This document shows positions 11,001-20,702 of a DNA stretch of 51,554 nucleotides, in pieces. This DNA comes from a virus. Lineage: Duplodnaviria > Caudoviricetes. Under the pieces are notes generated by a model. It saw nothing but the letters and a program-made list of their open reading frames with translations, searched no databases and was not told the origin of the DNA. Position 1 is the stretch's first letter; each line of letters begins with the position of its first letter. The stretch covers positions 1 to 51,554 of the IMG/VR virus record IMGVR_UViG_3300031920_000173; one strand, 5' to 3'. Both the position numbers and the translations under genes were made by a program.

Positions 11001-11801
11001 ATCAGGAACAATCCTAGTTGACATCATATTTCTTTGAAAATCATCCAAGGTTAATCTAAAATCATTAAAAATTCTATTTGTTGGTTTTAAATGAACATCA
11101 ATACTACCTGTAGTTGAACCACCGCTTATGGTTGGAAATGGGTTACCTAGACATTCGATCATTAAATTAGTTCGAGAATTAGTGTCACCAGTAAACCCAA
11201 CAATTAAATGTGAATTATTATCAAAATTATCAGATGACCAAACAACATAATCATCATATGATAAATTTAAATTTTTTAATTCATTATCATCTGGAAGACT
11301 AGTATTACCATAATTAAAAACTAAACCACCTTTATTTACTGTAAATTGTGAGGGTATTTTGAATGTTGATTTATTGTGAATTATATCATAATTATAATCA
11401 TAAACAGTTACATTACCACCTCTAGATATTTGTGAATTAATAAATAAACTATTTGGGTATTTTAATATTATATTCTCAACAGCAACACGTAAAAATTCAT
11501 AAGCAGACCCAAATCTAACAAAAGTATTGATATCTGACCTATCTAAATTTAAAACAGCATTTTGTGTGGTGTAAAAAATATTCTCAGATTCAACATTGGT
11601 TAAATTCAAAGAATCTAAATCAATTGGACGAACAAAAGTACTTAATGTATTACTATAATCAATATACGTTCTACCATCGAAATTAGATGTTAGTGTAAAA
11701 CTACCAAATTTAAATATAGTTTCTGATGTTGTATTTTTAAATGCTTCACCATTTAAATTACCATCAAGATTATTTCTTCCTACAACTTTTACTTTTGCCA
11801 C
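8100..11801 (-). CDS. Large baseplate wedge/tail protein (P2 gpI / T4 gp7-like core plus repeated beta domains)
   Basis: LWRRILIN..YWKSKGTREGL motif; repeated LPDxPxGDV..NG..DY modules; Thr6 linker; GTG start. Confidence 0.65.
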   Translation of the reverse strand: MAKVKVVGRNNLDGNLNGEAFKNTTSETIFKFGSFTLTSNFDGRTYIDYSNTLSTFVRPIDLDSLNLTNVESENIFYTTQNAVLNLDRSDINTFVRFGSAYEFLRVAVENIILKYPNSLFINSQISRGGNVTVYDYNYDIIHNKSTFKIPSQFTVNKGGLVFNYGNTSLPDDNELKNLNLSYDDYVVWSSDNFDNNSHLIVGFTGDTNSRTNLMIECLGNPFPTISGGSTTGSIDVHLKPTNRIFNDFRLTLDDFQRNMMSTRIVPDGFEFMLKEPILLDDGKINYKNKKIVWITSDNYNIDIDTPQYNTFLNTVLDIGNKYDQIKTDLIARFLSPASLQTYDLTDEKKMVKLMRIYGAEFDQLREFIDSLVYINRITYDKKKNLPDQIVSNLASVFGWDYFQLVNEGELVDSILDAAGPERNLETDLTPAEVDIELWRRILINTNYYWKSKGTREGLKSMFMLIGIPEPFINITEYIYTVDGRIDPREVTLTLDDLPSASLPYDSDGYPIAPVETPDFYFQISGDSDSGQAYMDNFRNVGFDLLMHVDNKKSWTQTGTTYRDHYSSPQYYQLDNQLVLNTKEVDVSLDTSRGVEYDVWNYVTDIDFPANSSGYTLPFVFVNLSLDVANPQQNEFILPDSPEGDVEVRFNGLLLVGPKTWDGNIVESGNTLTDYYFTSEKTFKLGSAVYGDQYARNDGNNRDVIEATYVFKQGTGFAHITVKYIVLTIKPTALGATIPLPDTPNGDVQLTINGIAATKGTPQFIADYVVSGDQIVIQNPDVIAYFTTNPWTQVAYITVTGSTEINARQEVIRVDSFSSGKLYFDANANKAVLRLNYKMTNAESVKILVDGIALEPGTDYSINPNNTYEVYLPPGINLGTVICAHYVIGGSDLFNSIIDGGFGLGDISDLSFLEFIELIQRKLINVTNRKTITDFKGGWYPTLYKIYTTYLHRSNLPEGDPLKSNGYTFENLYPFLNKYNAFFQRFVDQLLSATIIQRKGGLLIRNTIFTKQKFTYKRGVSFDTSLKYLGDDGSTFLKKPLTIFANWTDDAVCNFDFCRYFDVTDIHVQYPITTTTTTAFPFNGVLNIIEYEALITPIPNGQYQVTKYRLELSPALLPGYEAEFDMNFTFNGANSGTSGSAESGGIVTIRKNTITVYTNTETITGDNTGTTVFDTQIIAGVGDVIEVSLENVSIATSGSAYGELIFQPTVPIITPNGQVPLVIPTLVENYAQTP

Positions 11802-11816
11802 AATATTTATATTTAC

Positions 11817-11825
11817 TATAAATAC
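11817..11825 (-). promoter_or_regulatory. Putative late promoter GTATTTATA
   Basis: 15 nt upstream of GTG at 11801. Confidence 0.7.
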
Positions 11826-11861
11826 GATAAAGTGAAAAATACCAATACTTTATTAAAAGGA

Positions 11862-12764
11862 TTATTGAAGTTCATCAGTAATTTCATCAAAATTTTGAGA
11901 TTCATCGATTTCCGTTCTTTTTTCTTTAACCTCAAATAATGGTTGATCATTTAAATCGTCTTTAATTTCATAAAGATTAAATTGATTTGTTACAACTCTA
12001 TCTTTATCAAAATATGTTAAAATACCATTATCAACATCTTTAATTTGTTCACCAGCAACAATATCTGCCAACGTATCAATAGTGTTTTCAACTAAATCTA
12101 CTTCAACCATTAATGGTGAAAAATTAGTGTTCGACATATATATTATTTGTCCCGGAATACCAATAAATGGTTGTATGTTTGGTTTCACATCTGAAGAACT
12201 ACTTGGTGTTAATTGTAAAAACATTAATGTACCTGAATCATCAAATCTATATCTTATTGTATTTTGTGATGTGTTACCAATATTTTGACTAATAGGTACT
12301 ACCTTATTTGCAGTAACACAATATCTTACAACATTACGTAATTTAGTTCCATCATCATTTCTATATTCTATTTTATATCCCTGAAGTGCATTATTTGCTT
12401 TTAATTTTTCAGCTAAATCATTTGCATTTAAAACAATACCCTTAACATTAGGAAGTGAAGACAACACACTACAATCAATAATTTGAATAGGGAAAACTTT
12501 TGGTTTAATAAATATGTTATATATACCAAGTTGATTAAAAACTGAAGCTGGTAATCTTAAATTATAAGAACCCTCTAATAAGTTCTCATCACCTGAAGCC
12601 TGTTCATCTTCAGGTAAATAATTATATGTTAACACATCAGAGGCATTTATTCTTAACATAGTATTTGGTGCTGTTTCTCTATTCGGCATATAACTGTAAA
12701 AAATATCAATATCATCTATCGATACATCCGAAGGTCTTACTATTCCATATGTTCCTATTGCCAT
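11862..12764 (-). CDS. Hypothetical protein, probably baseplate-associated
   Basis: 300-aa ORF tightly packed in the baseplate operon. Confidence 0.6.
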   Translation of the reverse strand: MAIGTYGIVRPSDVSIDDIDIFYSYMPNRETAPNTMLRINASDVLTYNYLPEDEQASGDENLLEGSYNLRLPASVFNQLGIYNIFIKPKVFPIQIIDCSVLSSLPNVKGIVLNANDLAEKLKANNALQGYKIEYRNDDGTKLRNVVRYCVTANKVVPISQNIGNTSQNTIRYRFDDSGTLMFLQLTPSSSSDVKPNIQPFIGIPGQIIYMSNTNFSPLMVEVDLVENTIDTLADIVAGEQIKDVDNGILTYFDKDRVVTNQFNLYEIKDDLNDQPLFEVKEKRTEIDESQNFDEITDELQ

Positions 12765-12767
12765 ATT

Positions 12768-13472
12768 TTACGTGTTTTTAACGATATTAAAAAATCTACC
12801 AGATGCATAGGTTGTTATATCTGAAAGATTTCTCATATATTCTAATTTATAATTTTTATCAAAAGCAGTAATCGCTTGTCTATCTATAAATACATCATTA
12901 TCGGTTTTAGGTATGTTCACCAAATTACTCTTATTTGGGTCTTTAATTATAGGTGAATTAATAAAATCCGATGATGTATATCCTTGACCTTGAAATGAAA
13001 ATGTTGTAGTTGTTTCATTTTCAGTAATTATATCAACATATGTAATACCACCTATATAATATTGAACCGAACCAACACTATCAATTAAACTAGTGTTGTT
13101 TGGGTCAACACCATCTAATGATGGACCATACGATATTTCATGTTTATCGAAAAACGTACCATTTATAGTATATTTTCTTAATTCAGTTAATCGACTATTT
13201 GATACTCCGGTAATGGTAATATCTGGTTGTTCTAAATTTAATGAACCAATTGGTGTAAAACTACCACCATCATAATAACTATACCCATAATAACCACCAT
13301 CGGATTCAACAACGACATCGAAAAAACCTAAATCTAACGAAGTTCCTTTTAATAACACTTGAAGATTATATATAACACTATCATCAGGTATAATAACATA
13401 TGAATTACCCGTAGTTGTTTCAGTTTTACCTGTGGTAAGTGCCTGTTTTATAGTCCTCTTTATTAACTCCAT
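12768..13472 (-). CDS. Hypothetical virion protein
   Basis: 234-aa ORF coupled (TAATG) to the baseplate wedge gene. Confidence 0.6.
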   Translation of the reverse strand: MELIKRTIKQALTTGKTETTTGNSYVIIPDDSVIYNLQVLLKGTSLDLGFFDVVVESDGGYYGYSYYDGGSFTPIGSLNLEQPDITITGVSNSRLTELRKYTINGTFFDKHEISYGPSLDGVDPNNTSLIDSVGSVQYYIGGITYVDIITENETTTTFSFQGQGYTSSDFINSPIIKDPNKSNLVNIPKTDNDVFIDRQAITAFDKNYKLEYMRNLSDITTYASGRFFNIVKNT

Positions 13473-15334
13473 TATGTATTTACAATTTCTTTTCTTAGTA
13501 ACACTTTAATATCTTTTTCTGGAAAACGTATTTCAAACATTGAATCTGTTGTTGAATATATAGTATTATTAACTAAGTAAATTTCACCAGTAGATGTATC
13601 TATAATATCTTGTGAAACTGCATTATTTGAATATTGTCCACCAACTTTATTATAAACTTTAATATTTAAAACATTAACAACACTACTTATTTCCCTAATT
13701 TTAGCAGTTAAATCAGTTATAAATATATCTGTATTCATTTCATAATTATTAATGTCGAAAAAATCTTTAACCACAGTTATTACATTATTTGATATTTGTG
13801 TGTCTGAAATGTTTTTAACATGTAGATCAATTTCAAATGCTAAATTTAAAATTTTACCATCTTTAATCTCAATATAATCATTGATCATTCTACCTTGTGA
13901 TAAATATTCAGTAATATTACTTTTTAATAATGAATTACTTGAATTTGTTAATTTAGCATCTGAATCAATACCTAATATTGGTATAACTATTTTATTATTC
14001 TCTTTATATGCATTTCCTCTAAATGGTGATCCAAATTTACCCGGCATTTTATAAACATCAACTAAATAATCAGTAAGTGTAACATCTCTATTTTGCCCTG
14101 AGAAATTATATGACGTTAAATTTCTTATTTGTTCTAAACTTAAACCATCATTACCACCAAACGCAGGTATTGGATTATTTACCGTTAAACTACGTTCTAC
14201 TTGTTGATTATAATCTTGACGTGGACCAACAACTCTCATTTGATATGTACCTAATGATTTAATCGCTTTCTCACCTAAGTTTGAATTAACACCACCACCT
14301 GTTTTATATCTAATAAACAATGTATGATTAGGTCTTAATTGAAGACCTAATGATGTGTTTTGTAAGAAGGTTTGTATGAACTGTTTATTATTCACACCTG
14401 CTTTTAATAACCCATCTTCAAACGGTGTTGATTCCGGATCACCAGAACCAAATGTTATTTTAACAAACCCATTCGATGTAAATTCTCTGATAAATTTTTT
14501 CTTAATATCAACCCATCTTCCTACTTTAATACCGTCATTATTTTGTTGACTACCACTATTTATTGCAGCATTAACATTTTCAACAAAAATACGTTGTTGT
14601 GCTAAATAATTAACCTCATTATATCTATAATCGGCATTATAAAAATCTGAAAGTGGTGGATTAACTGAATAATTAGTCCCCTCCAATAAAATAATACTTT
14701 CAATTTCAAGAACATCAGGATCAGGTAATGATATTTCAAAAAATGGTTTAATATCCTTATCTGTAATAACTCTTTTATATATACTAGTTGCACCATTGAT
14801 AACAACTTCTCTCTTTGTAACTTTATAACTTTGTATTATACCATTAGAATCTAAATTAGGTAAAATAGTACGATTTCTATCACCTAAACTACTTATAGGT
14901 GAATTCCAATCAATAGTATCAGTGGTCTCAAAAACTTTCCCACCACCAACCACCTGTGCACCGGGAGATAATATTGGATAATATGATTCATCTGGACGAT
15001 CACCATTAACTGGTATTGTTGCAGTAAAATCTACAACAGTAACTGATGGTCTTCTACCCGGAATATTGAATCCCATGTTTTTAGCAATGTTTAAAAGATT
15101 TGCACGTTGCTGTACATATTCTAATTGTGTTTCTTGAAATGCTCTATCTGTATTATACGATAAATTATCACCGATACCTGCATTCATATCAAGTAATGCA
15201 GCACCGATACTTGCATCTTGAAAATCACTTAAAACATCTGGATAATATTGTCTGACTAATGAAATTAAATCAGTTCTCATTTCTTCAAATGTTCTACTGT
15301 TATATTTTACCGGATTTGTTATATTCGTTGCCAT
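13472..15334 (-). CDS. Baseplate wedge subunit (T4 gp6 / baseplate J-like)
   Basis: YNSRTFEEMRTDL..DFQDAS.G..LLD..A..GD.LSY..D, IAKNMGF, ITFGSG, YKTGGG, GG..GLSLEQIR..QNRDVT..DY motifs. Confidence 0.9.
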   Translation of the reverse strand: MATNITNPVKYNSRTFEEMRTDLISLVRQYYPDVLSDFQDASIGAALLDMNAGIGDNLSYNTDRAFQETQLEYVQQRANLLNIAKNMGFNIPGRRPSVTVVDFTATIPVNGDRPDESYYPILSPGAQVVGGGKVFETTDTIDWNSPISSLGDRNRTILPNLDSNGIIQSYKVTKREVVINGATSIYKRVITDKDIKPFFEISLPDPDVLEIESIILLEGTNYSVNPPLSDFYNADYRYNEVNYLAQQRIFVENVNAAINSGSQQNNDGIKVGRWVDIKKKFIREFTSNGFVKITFGSGDPESTPFEDGLLKAGVNNKQFIQTFLQNTSLGLQLRPNHTLFIRYKTGGGVNSNLGEKAIKSLGTYQMRVVGPRQDYNQQVERSLTVNNPIPAFGGNDGLSLEQIRNLTSYNFSGQNRDVTLTDYLVDVYKMPGKFGSPFRGNAYKENNKIVIPILGIDSDAKLTNSSNSLLKSNITEYLSQGRMINDYIEIKDGKILNLAFEIDLHVKNISDTQISNNVITVVKDFFDINNYEMNTDIFITDLTAKIREISSVVNVLNIKVYNKVGGQYSNNAVSQDIIDTSTGEIYLVNNTIYSTTDSMFEIRFPEKDIKVLLRKEIVNT

Positions 15335-15341
15335 ATTTTAA

Positions 15342-15740
15342 TTAAAAATTTAAATCCAATTCACCAGTATCACTAAAAGCACCTTCAGTATATGTAAATT
15401 TAATATTTACATTAAGCTCTGTCTCTGAATTTTCATTACCTTGATCATCAATTAAGCGATTAAATGTAAGTTTATCAATTTTCAGATTTGGTAAATATAA
15501 TGAAACTGTCTGTTTTATTTCTTGTTCAACACTCGCTTCAGTCAGATTATCATTGGGGTTAAAAATAAATTTCAATAAATTAGTACCGAAATCTGGATTA
15601 TAATACCTCTCACCCTTTTCAGTTAACAATAAAAACAGCAAATCAGAACTAAAAGCATCTTTAGTTATCTGATTCATTAAATAAAAACCATTTCTTGCCG
15701 TATCATCCTTTAATGGAAATTGAATATTAATCGACTTCAT
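15342..15740 (-). CDS. Baseplate protein, gp25/GPW-like
   Basis: IQFP...LLLTEKGERYYNPDFGTNL.KFIF motif, upstream of the gp6-like gene. Confidence 0.9.
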   Translation of the reverse strand: MKSINIQFPLKDDTARNGFYLMNQITKDAFSSDLLFLLLTEKGERYYNPDFGTNLLKFIFNPNDNLTEASVEQEIKQTVSLYLPNLKIDKLTFNRLIDDQGNENSETELNVNIKFTYTEGAFSDTGELDLNF

Positions 15741-15753
15741 TTTAAGTATTTTC

Positions 15754-15762
15754 TATAAATAC
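15754..15762 (-). promoter_or_regulatory. Putative late promoter GTATTTATA
   Basis: 13 nt upstream of start at 15740. Confidence 0.7.
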
Positions 15763-15772
15763 TGTACAATTA

Positions 15773-16642
15773 TTATTCAATACTAAAATTATTTTCCTTC
15801 TCGAATTTAACTACGAATTTATAATAATCAGGAAAATCGTTTTTTATTTTATGTATGAAAAGTTTTGTATTTGTTGGTTTGTATTTACTATCACCCCAAA
15901 AATGTGAATATCCTTTAATATCACCTAATCTAATGATGCTATTACTCTTTAAATCTTTGGTCGTAAATATCTCACTTCTTTTTAAGTTCTGTTCAGTTAT
16001 TAGATCACCCAATATAAATTGTTCTAAATAAACAGTAAATTGACTATCAAGCTTGTTTATTAAATCAGTTTTTACACTAATAAGTTCATAAAATCTATTT
16101 ACTCTCTCTAAATACATTTCCTTATGTTTATCATGTTTAAAACCAACAACACCACAATTAACAGCATTCGAGTGTAAAAAATTCTGTGAAAGTATATTAT
16201 TTTCAACAATGAATTCTTTTAATATCTTATTATACTTTTTATATAATACAAACTGATCAACATATTCAATATTTTGATAAATTACGTCAGTGTCATCAAT
16301 TATGAAATTATTTAGTAAATCTTTAAAGATAAAAACATCACCATCAACATGGATAAATGGTCCTTTTATTTGATTATATGTGTCTATTTTAACTTTGGAC
16401 CAGAATTTACTATATTCTAATATTTGAGGTGTATCAATTAAAATAACATCTTCATATGGTATGTATTTTATTAATTTATCATATGCCGATTGATTACAAA
16501 CTGCAGTAATGTTACCATACTTTTCATGTAACAGTATGTAACTAAGTAAATACGAGTAAAAATTTAAGAAAATTGCATTATCTTCTTTAAAGTGATACGG
16601 TACTTCATTCTTGTAGTTGATGTATGAATGTAATATAGTCAT
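15773..16642 (-). CDS. Putative nucleotide-diphospho-sugar transferase (DUF6734-like)
   Basis: FWSKVKI..Y....PFIHVDGDVFI (DxD), NCGVVG, EQ, YSHFWG..K motifs. Confidence 0.6.
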   Translation of the reverse strand: MTILHSYINYKNEVPYHFKEDNAIFLNFYSYLLSYILLHEKYGNITAVCNQSAYDKLIKYIPYEDVILIDTPQILEYSKFWSKVKIDTYNQIKGPFIHVDGDVFIFKDLLNNFIIDDTDVIYQNIEYVDQFVLYKKYNKILKEFIVENNILSQNFLHSNAVNCGVVGFKHDKHKEMYLERVNRFYELISVKTDLINKLDSQFTVYLEQFILGDLITEQNLKRSEIFTTKDLKSNSIIRLGDIKGYSHFWGDSKYKPTNTKLFIHKIKNDFPDYYKFVVKFEKENNFSIE

Positions 16643-16649
16643 AAATTAT

Positions 16650-17078
16650 TTATTTACTAAATTTATATTTATCCTCTATAGTTTTCACTTTAATAAATAA
16701 ATCTTTACAATTTTTATCGGTAGGTTTATAATTTTCTTTTATTCTTTTGATGAGATCAACTAAATTAAATAATTCATCATCTATTAATTTGTCTTGATTT
16801 ATCAATGTAGCATGTAAGGATAATATTTTTTCTTCATGTGCTTTATCTTCCATTATCTTTTTATATTCCTCATTTAAATCATCGACAGTTTTCTCATCTA
16901 CTTTCTTAATTTCAGATTTCTTATATCTCCCTTCTACTTTTTTTTCTAATTCTTCGGTAGTAGTACCACTAGCTTTCATCTCAGCTAAATCACTAACATC
17001 TTTTATTTTTTTTGCAGCTTCTGAATTAAAATCACCTTTCTTAAGGGAATCTTCTAAATTATCTAAAAAATCAGTCAT
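16650..17078 (-). CDS. Hypothetical coiled-coil protein
   Basis: 142-aa charged helical ORF. Confidence 0.55.
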   Translation of the reverse strand: MTDFLDNLEDSLKKGDFNSEAAKKIKDVSDLAEMKASGTTTEELEKKVEGRYKKSEIKKVDEKTVDDLNEEYKKIMEDKAHEEKILSLHATLINQDKLIDDELFNLVDLIKRIKENYKPTDKNCKDLFIKVKTIEDKYKFSK

Positions 17079-17082
17079 AATA

Positions 17083-17946
17083 TTAAATTTTTATTGTATC
17101 CATTTCAGTACCCTGAAATATCCATACATCATATGTTTTATAATTTATTCTTTTTATGTAATCATTAACAACAAATCCGATTAATTCACCATATGGACTC
17201 TTAATATATATTGAATTAAATTTAATTAATTCTTTAAATATTTCAGAATCTTCTGTAACTTTTTCATATGTTTTATATTTATTATCAATAAATAATTCAA
17301 ATTGTCGATGTTCAAACCCCAATTTCTTAACATGAAGAAATGATGTTAGTTGTTCAATTTTATTTATAGTTTCCGGGTCATCATGATTAATTATTATTGG
17401 AAATTCTAATAGTTTAGGTGTTGCATACACATCTTCCAAATCATCCATTTTAGATAATGGTGCTTGTATTGGTGTGTTATCAAAAATATATAATAATTCA
17501 TAATCATCTTCAGTGGTCCTTCTCTCTATCATTTCAATATCAATAACTTCACCAACTGTTTTACCTGCATGTTTATGAGATGCATCGAAAAACCCAATAT
17601 GATCATAACTTCTACCATATTTATCTTTTCTACCAACATTCATACCCCATTGATCTGCTGCAACTGCTTTTTTATGTTTAGTTGCATTTCGCATAAAACT
17701 ATCTGCCTTTTTTAACAACTCATAATAATCCTGAACATATTTCTGATCTGTTTGACCAGCATAAAACTTTTCTAAAATTTGATTACGGTGTCTTACTCTC
17801 GTAACTTTCTTATCCCTCTCATTGAGATTATTAGGATCAGCTTTCAATAATTCAACCTCAGTGTTACGAAGTGCAATCGCAAGATAAATTAAGACCATTC
17901 TTAAACCGACCCAAATATTAAAGAAGAATTTTTTAATTATGTTCAT
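17083..17946 (-). CDS. Hypothetical protein with an N-terminal hydrophobic segment
   Basis: FFFNIWVGLRMVLIYLAIAL; coupled (TAATG) to the upstream glycosyltransferase. Confidence 0.55.
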   Translation of the reverse strand: MNIIKKFFFNIWVGLRMVLIYLAIALRNTEVELLKADPNNLNERDKKVTRVRHRNQILEKFYAGQTDQKYVQDYYELLKKADSFMRNATKHKKAVAADQWGMNVGRKDKYGRSYDHIGFFDASHKHAGKTVGEVIDIEMIERRTTEDDYELLYIFDNTPIQAPLSKMDDLEDVYATPKLLEFPIIINHDDPETINKIEQLTSFLHVKKLGFEHRQFELFIDNKYKTYEKVTEDSEIFKELIKFNSIYIKSPYGELIGFVVNDYIKRINYKTYDVWIFQGTEMDTIKI

Positions 17947-19328
17947 TATACGGTCTCTAATGTTTTAGCAATAACTTTATTATATAGTTCAGCACGTTTT
18001 TCAGTCACATTAACCAAATTATATTTTTCTTTGAAATCCTCATGTAATTGTTCACCTAATTTTTTTCTTAAATCAGCATCTAATATTAATTTTTTCAACT
18101 GTTTTTTCCAATATTTATGTGCATTCTTTACGTTAGGTATTAGTATACAATTTTCCATATGTTTACCATCAATATTATATGGTGGTATATCTGAACATAC
18201 TATAGGTAGTTTTCGAGTCCAACATTCAACTTGTTTTAGGTTAGACTTCATTCTATTAAATTCATTATCTGCTAATGGTGCAATCACTATGTCAGTTTCA
18301 TCTAAAGTCGTTGCATATGTATTTGCTTTTTGTGTCCATCTTCTACCATAATTACCCTCATCTTCATAATTAACATTTCTTTCAAAATTCATTAACCATT
18401 CATAATAATCTTGATTTTCAATTAATCTATGATTATCAGAGAAAATCTTTTCATAATCAAAATATACCGATTCAGTTGATTTAATGTCTCTTTGTTTAGA
18501 GTCAAAAATTTTCCCACGATATTTTTCTTTCAAATCTTCAGGTATTTCTGGAATTTTATCAACATCACCACGTGTTTTATTAATTGCTTTTACCATTCTC
18601 AGATTCCAAAAACCCCTCATTTTCATCTCATCAGCAAATTCATTATTGAATTTTATTTCTGTAGTATTACCTTCAGTATCCCAACCAGCAAGAATTATTT
18701 TAAATTTGTCTTTAGTTTCAGAATTTGCTTGTAACCAATTAACAACGCCATATAATTGTTCAACATCTACCTTATGTGATGAACCAGCCATATATGTAAT
18801 CCTTACACGACCATCCGGGTCTTCTGTTCTATTATCTTTAAATTGTCTCATAACAGCAGGATCAATAGAATTATGTAATACAGTAACATTATCCCTTTTT
18901 GTTATTTCACGAATTTTATCAGCAAAAATATCAGTGGTTGTTGTGATATAATCAGCAATTTTAAGATTTTCAATTATTGGTTCATGCATTTTTTTCTCTA
19001 AACTCATACCATAAAATGGATGTAATTTATGTAGATACCAATAGTCATCAATATCAAGAATTAAGACCGTTCCATTTGCTTTTAATTCCTTAGATAAGGC
19101 AAGCATTTTCTTTGTATTTGGTAATAATTGTCTGTGATAATGAATTATATGAAATGATTTCAAATAATCAATTGTTTTTGGATCATTAAAGTCCAATTGT
19201 GGATTTATCTCTGTATAAAATTCATCTGAATGATTTTTTTCTAATTCCATTGCAGGTGTTTGTGTTCTAAAATAATTTACACCAGCACCGTCCACATTGT
19301 AGAATAATATTCTTGTTTTACCTTCCAT
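17946..19328 (-). CDS. GT-B fold glycosyltransferase (GT4-like)
   Basis: GVNYFR, DIDDYW, AGSSH..D, DIVIAPL..N.FN.MKSNLK..E, SDIPPY motifs. Confidence 0.85.
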   Translation of the reverse strand: MEGKTRILFYNVDGAGVNYFRTQTPAMELEKNHSDEFYTEINPQLDFNDPKTIDYLKSFHIIHYHRQLLPNTKKMLALSKELKANGTVLILDIDDYWYLHKLHPFYGMSLEKKMHEPIIENLKIADYITTTTDIFADKIREITKRDNVTVLHNSIDPAVMRQFKDNRTEDPDGRVRITYMAGSSHKVDVEQLYGVVNWLQANSETKDKFKIILAGWDTEGNTTEIKFNNEFADEMKMRGFWNLRMVKAINKTRGDVDKIPEIPEDLKEKYRGKIFDSKQRDIKSTESVYFDYEKIFSDNHRLIENQDYYEWLMNFERNVNYEDEGNYGRRWTQKANTYATTLDETDIVIAPLADNEFNRMKSNLKQVECWTRKLPIVCSDIPPYNIDGKHMENCILIPNVKNAHKYWKKQLKKLILDADLRKKLGEQLHEDFKEKYNLVNVTEKRAELYNKVIAKTLETV

Positions 19329-19363
19329 AAAATTATAAATTTTTATAAAATAATATATTTAAT

Positions 19364-19372
19364 TATAAATAC
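19364..19372 (-). promoter_or_regulatory. Putative late promoter GTATTTATA
   Basis: 35 nt upstream of start at 19328, just downstream of a terminator. Confidence 0.7.
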
Positions 19373-19412
19373 ACCAAATTATTGAAAAGTATGGAAAGAT
19401 CAAAGGTTTTTT

Positions 19413-19441
19413 AAAAAAAAAGTCAACTTTTTTTAGTTGAC
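19413..19441 (-). terminator. Rho-independent terminator
   Basis: GTCAACT-6 nt loop-AGTTGAC stem followed by a 9-U run on the minus strand, after the gene ending at 19469. Confidence 0.75.
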
Positions 19442-19468
19442 CTTTCTTATATGTATTTTAGTTTATAA

Positions 19469-19876
19469 CTATTCCTCTGATGATGAGGGTTTTTCAACAG
19501 GTATAGTTGCTGTTTTTGTTGTTGTTGATTTACTTGGTATTGTTGTTTTTTGTTTTGGTTTTCTCCCTGCTTTTGATTTCTTAGTTGTAGTTGTTGTCTC
19601 AACTGTTTTTTTCTTCTTTAGTTTTACATTACCAGATTTAATAATATCACCTAATGCTTTTTCACCTATTTCAACTATGGTAATTATATTTTCCATACTA
19701 TAACGATGTAATGATATTGGTAATGATGGAGCACTAAATAATGCCACTTCATTTGGTTTAATACTAAAACTTTTCTTTTCCATATCATCAACATACTCAA
19801 TATTAATAGTTGAATTATATTTTGCAGCACGTTTATTTAACGTTGGTGTGATATTTGTAATTTTCCATGTTTTCAT
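19469..19876 (-). CDS. Hypothetical protein with a basic Lys/Thr-rich tail
   Basis: 135-aa ORF with a low-complexity K/T C-terminus. Confidence 0.55.
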   Translation of the reverse strand: MKTWKITNITPTLNKRAAKYNSTINIEYVDDMEKKSFSIKPNEVALFSAPSLPISLHRYSMENIITIVEIGEKALGDIIKSGNVKLKKKKTVETTTTTKKSKAGRKPKQKTTIPSKSTTTKTATIPVEKPSSSEE

Positions 19877-19883
19877 ATCTTGC

Positions 19884-20702
19884 TTATTTTAATCCTTGAA
19901 TTACTGTGTTGCCGTATTTAATACCATCATATCCAAGACTTTTGGCTTTCTCAGCAACTGCCTTATTTTTTAAATTATCTACTGGAATACCAAATGGTTG
20001 ACTTAATGATTCAAAATCAATATTTGGAAACCAATTTTTTGCTAATATATGTGGTGGTTTTTGACCACTTTTAAAATCAATACCTAGATCATTTGTATCT
20101 AATAAATTTTCAAAATCTATTTCATATTTATCATAACCATCTACAGGTTCTAACATGAAAAAATTACCAACTACAGAATTTTCAGAAATTGGTTTATCTC
20201 GATAAGCAAACAATGTTTGTTGATTACCTGTTTCCGGTAAATTTTCAATAGTTGCCTCTTCCAACATTTTTAAAAAGTCATTTTCATCGATACCTGCATC
20301 TTGATCATTTTCTTGATTAATTACATTTTGAAGAACCACTTCTTCTAAATTACGTTGTTCTTCATATTCGTAAATATCTTGAATTTTATTTAATTCTCTA
20401 GCACCATCTTTACCATTCAAACTAATCTTAATACATTTAATTGGTTGATTAGCATTTAATGCTGAAACAAATTTATGATGACCATCTATAATATCATTAT
20501 CTTTCGATATCCAAATTTTAGGTATTGTTGTTGAATCAAATTCTTGTATATTATCTGAAAAAACAAATGGTTGCATAGGTTTTAATTCATTTGGATCAAT
20601 CTCAATAACTTCATAACTAAAACCACCATCGACCAATCTTTCAAAAACGATTTCTTCCGGTGCTGATATTTGTGGTAAATGATATGGTGATATTTTACTC
20701 AT
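19884..20702 (-). CDS. ParB/Srx-like domain fused to a degenerate ART-like domain
   Basis: LKPMQ...IWIS.D..IIDGHHK; C-terminal FAYR..GNFF..YEIDFENLLD..LGYDGI. Confidence 0.6.
   Translation of the reverse strand: MSKISPYHLPQISAPEEIVFERLVDGGFSYEVIEIDPNELKPMQPFVFSDNIQEFDSTTIPKIWISKDNDIIDGHHKFVSALNANQPIKCIKISLNGKDGARELNKIQDIYEYEEQRNLEEVVLQNVINQENDQDAGIDENDFLKMLEEATIENLPETGNQQTLFAYRDKPISENSVVGNFFMLEPVDGYDKYEIDFENLLDTNDLGIDFKSGQKPPHILAKNWFPNIDFESLSQPFGIPVDNLKNKAVAEKAKSLGYDGIKYGNTVIQGLK

Noticed and set aside
15745-15763. Short inverted repeats overlapping late motifs (AGTATTT..AAATACT here and at 46853-46881; a 12-bp palindrome at 845-856)
   Set aside because: Arms of only 6-7 bp, almost all A/T and with variable spacing, are expected by chance in this composition
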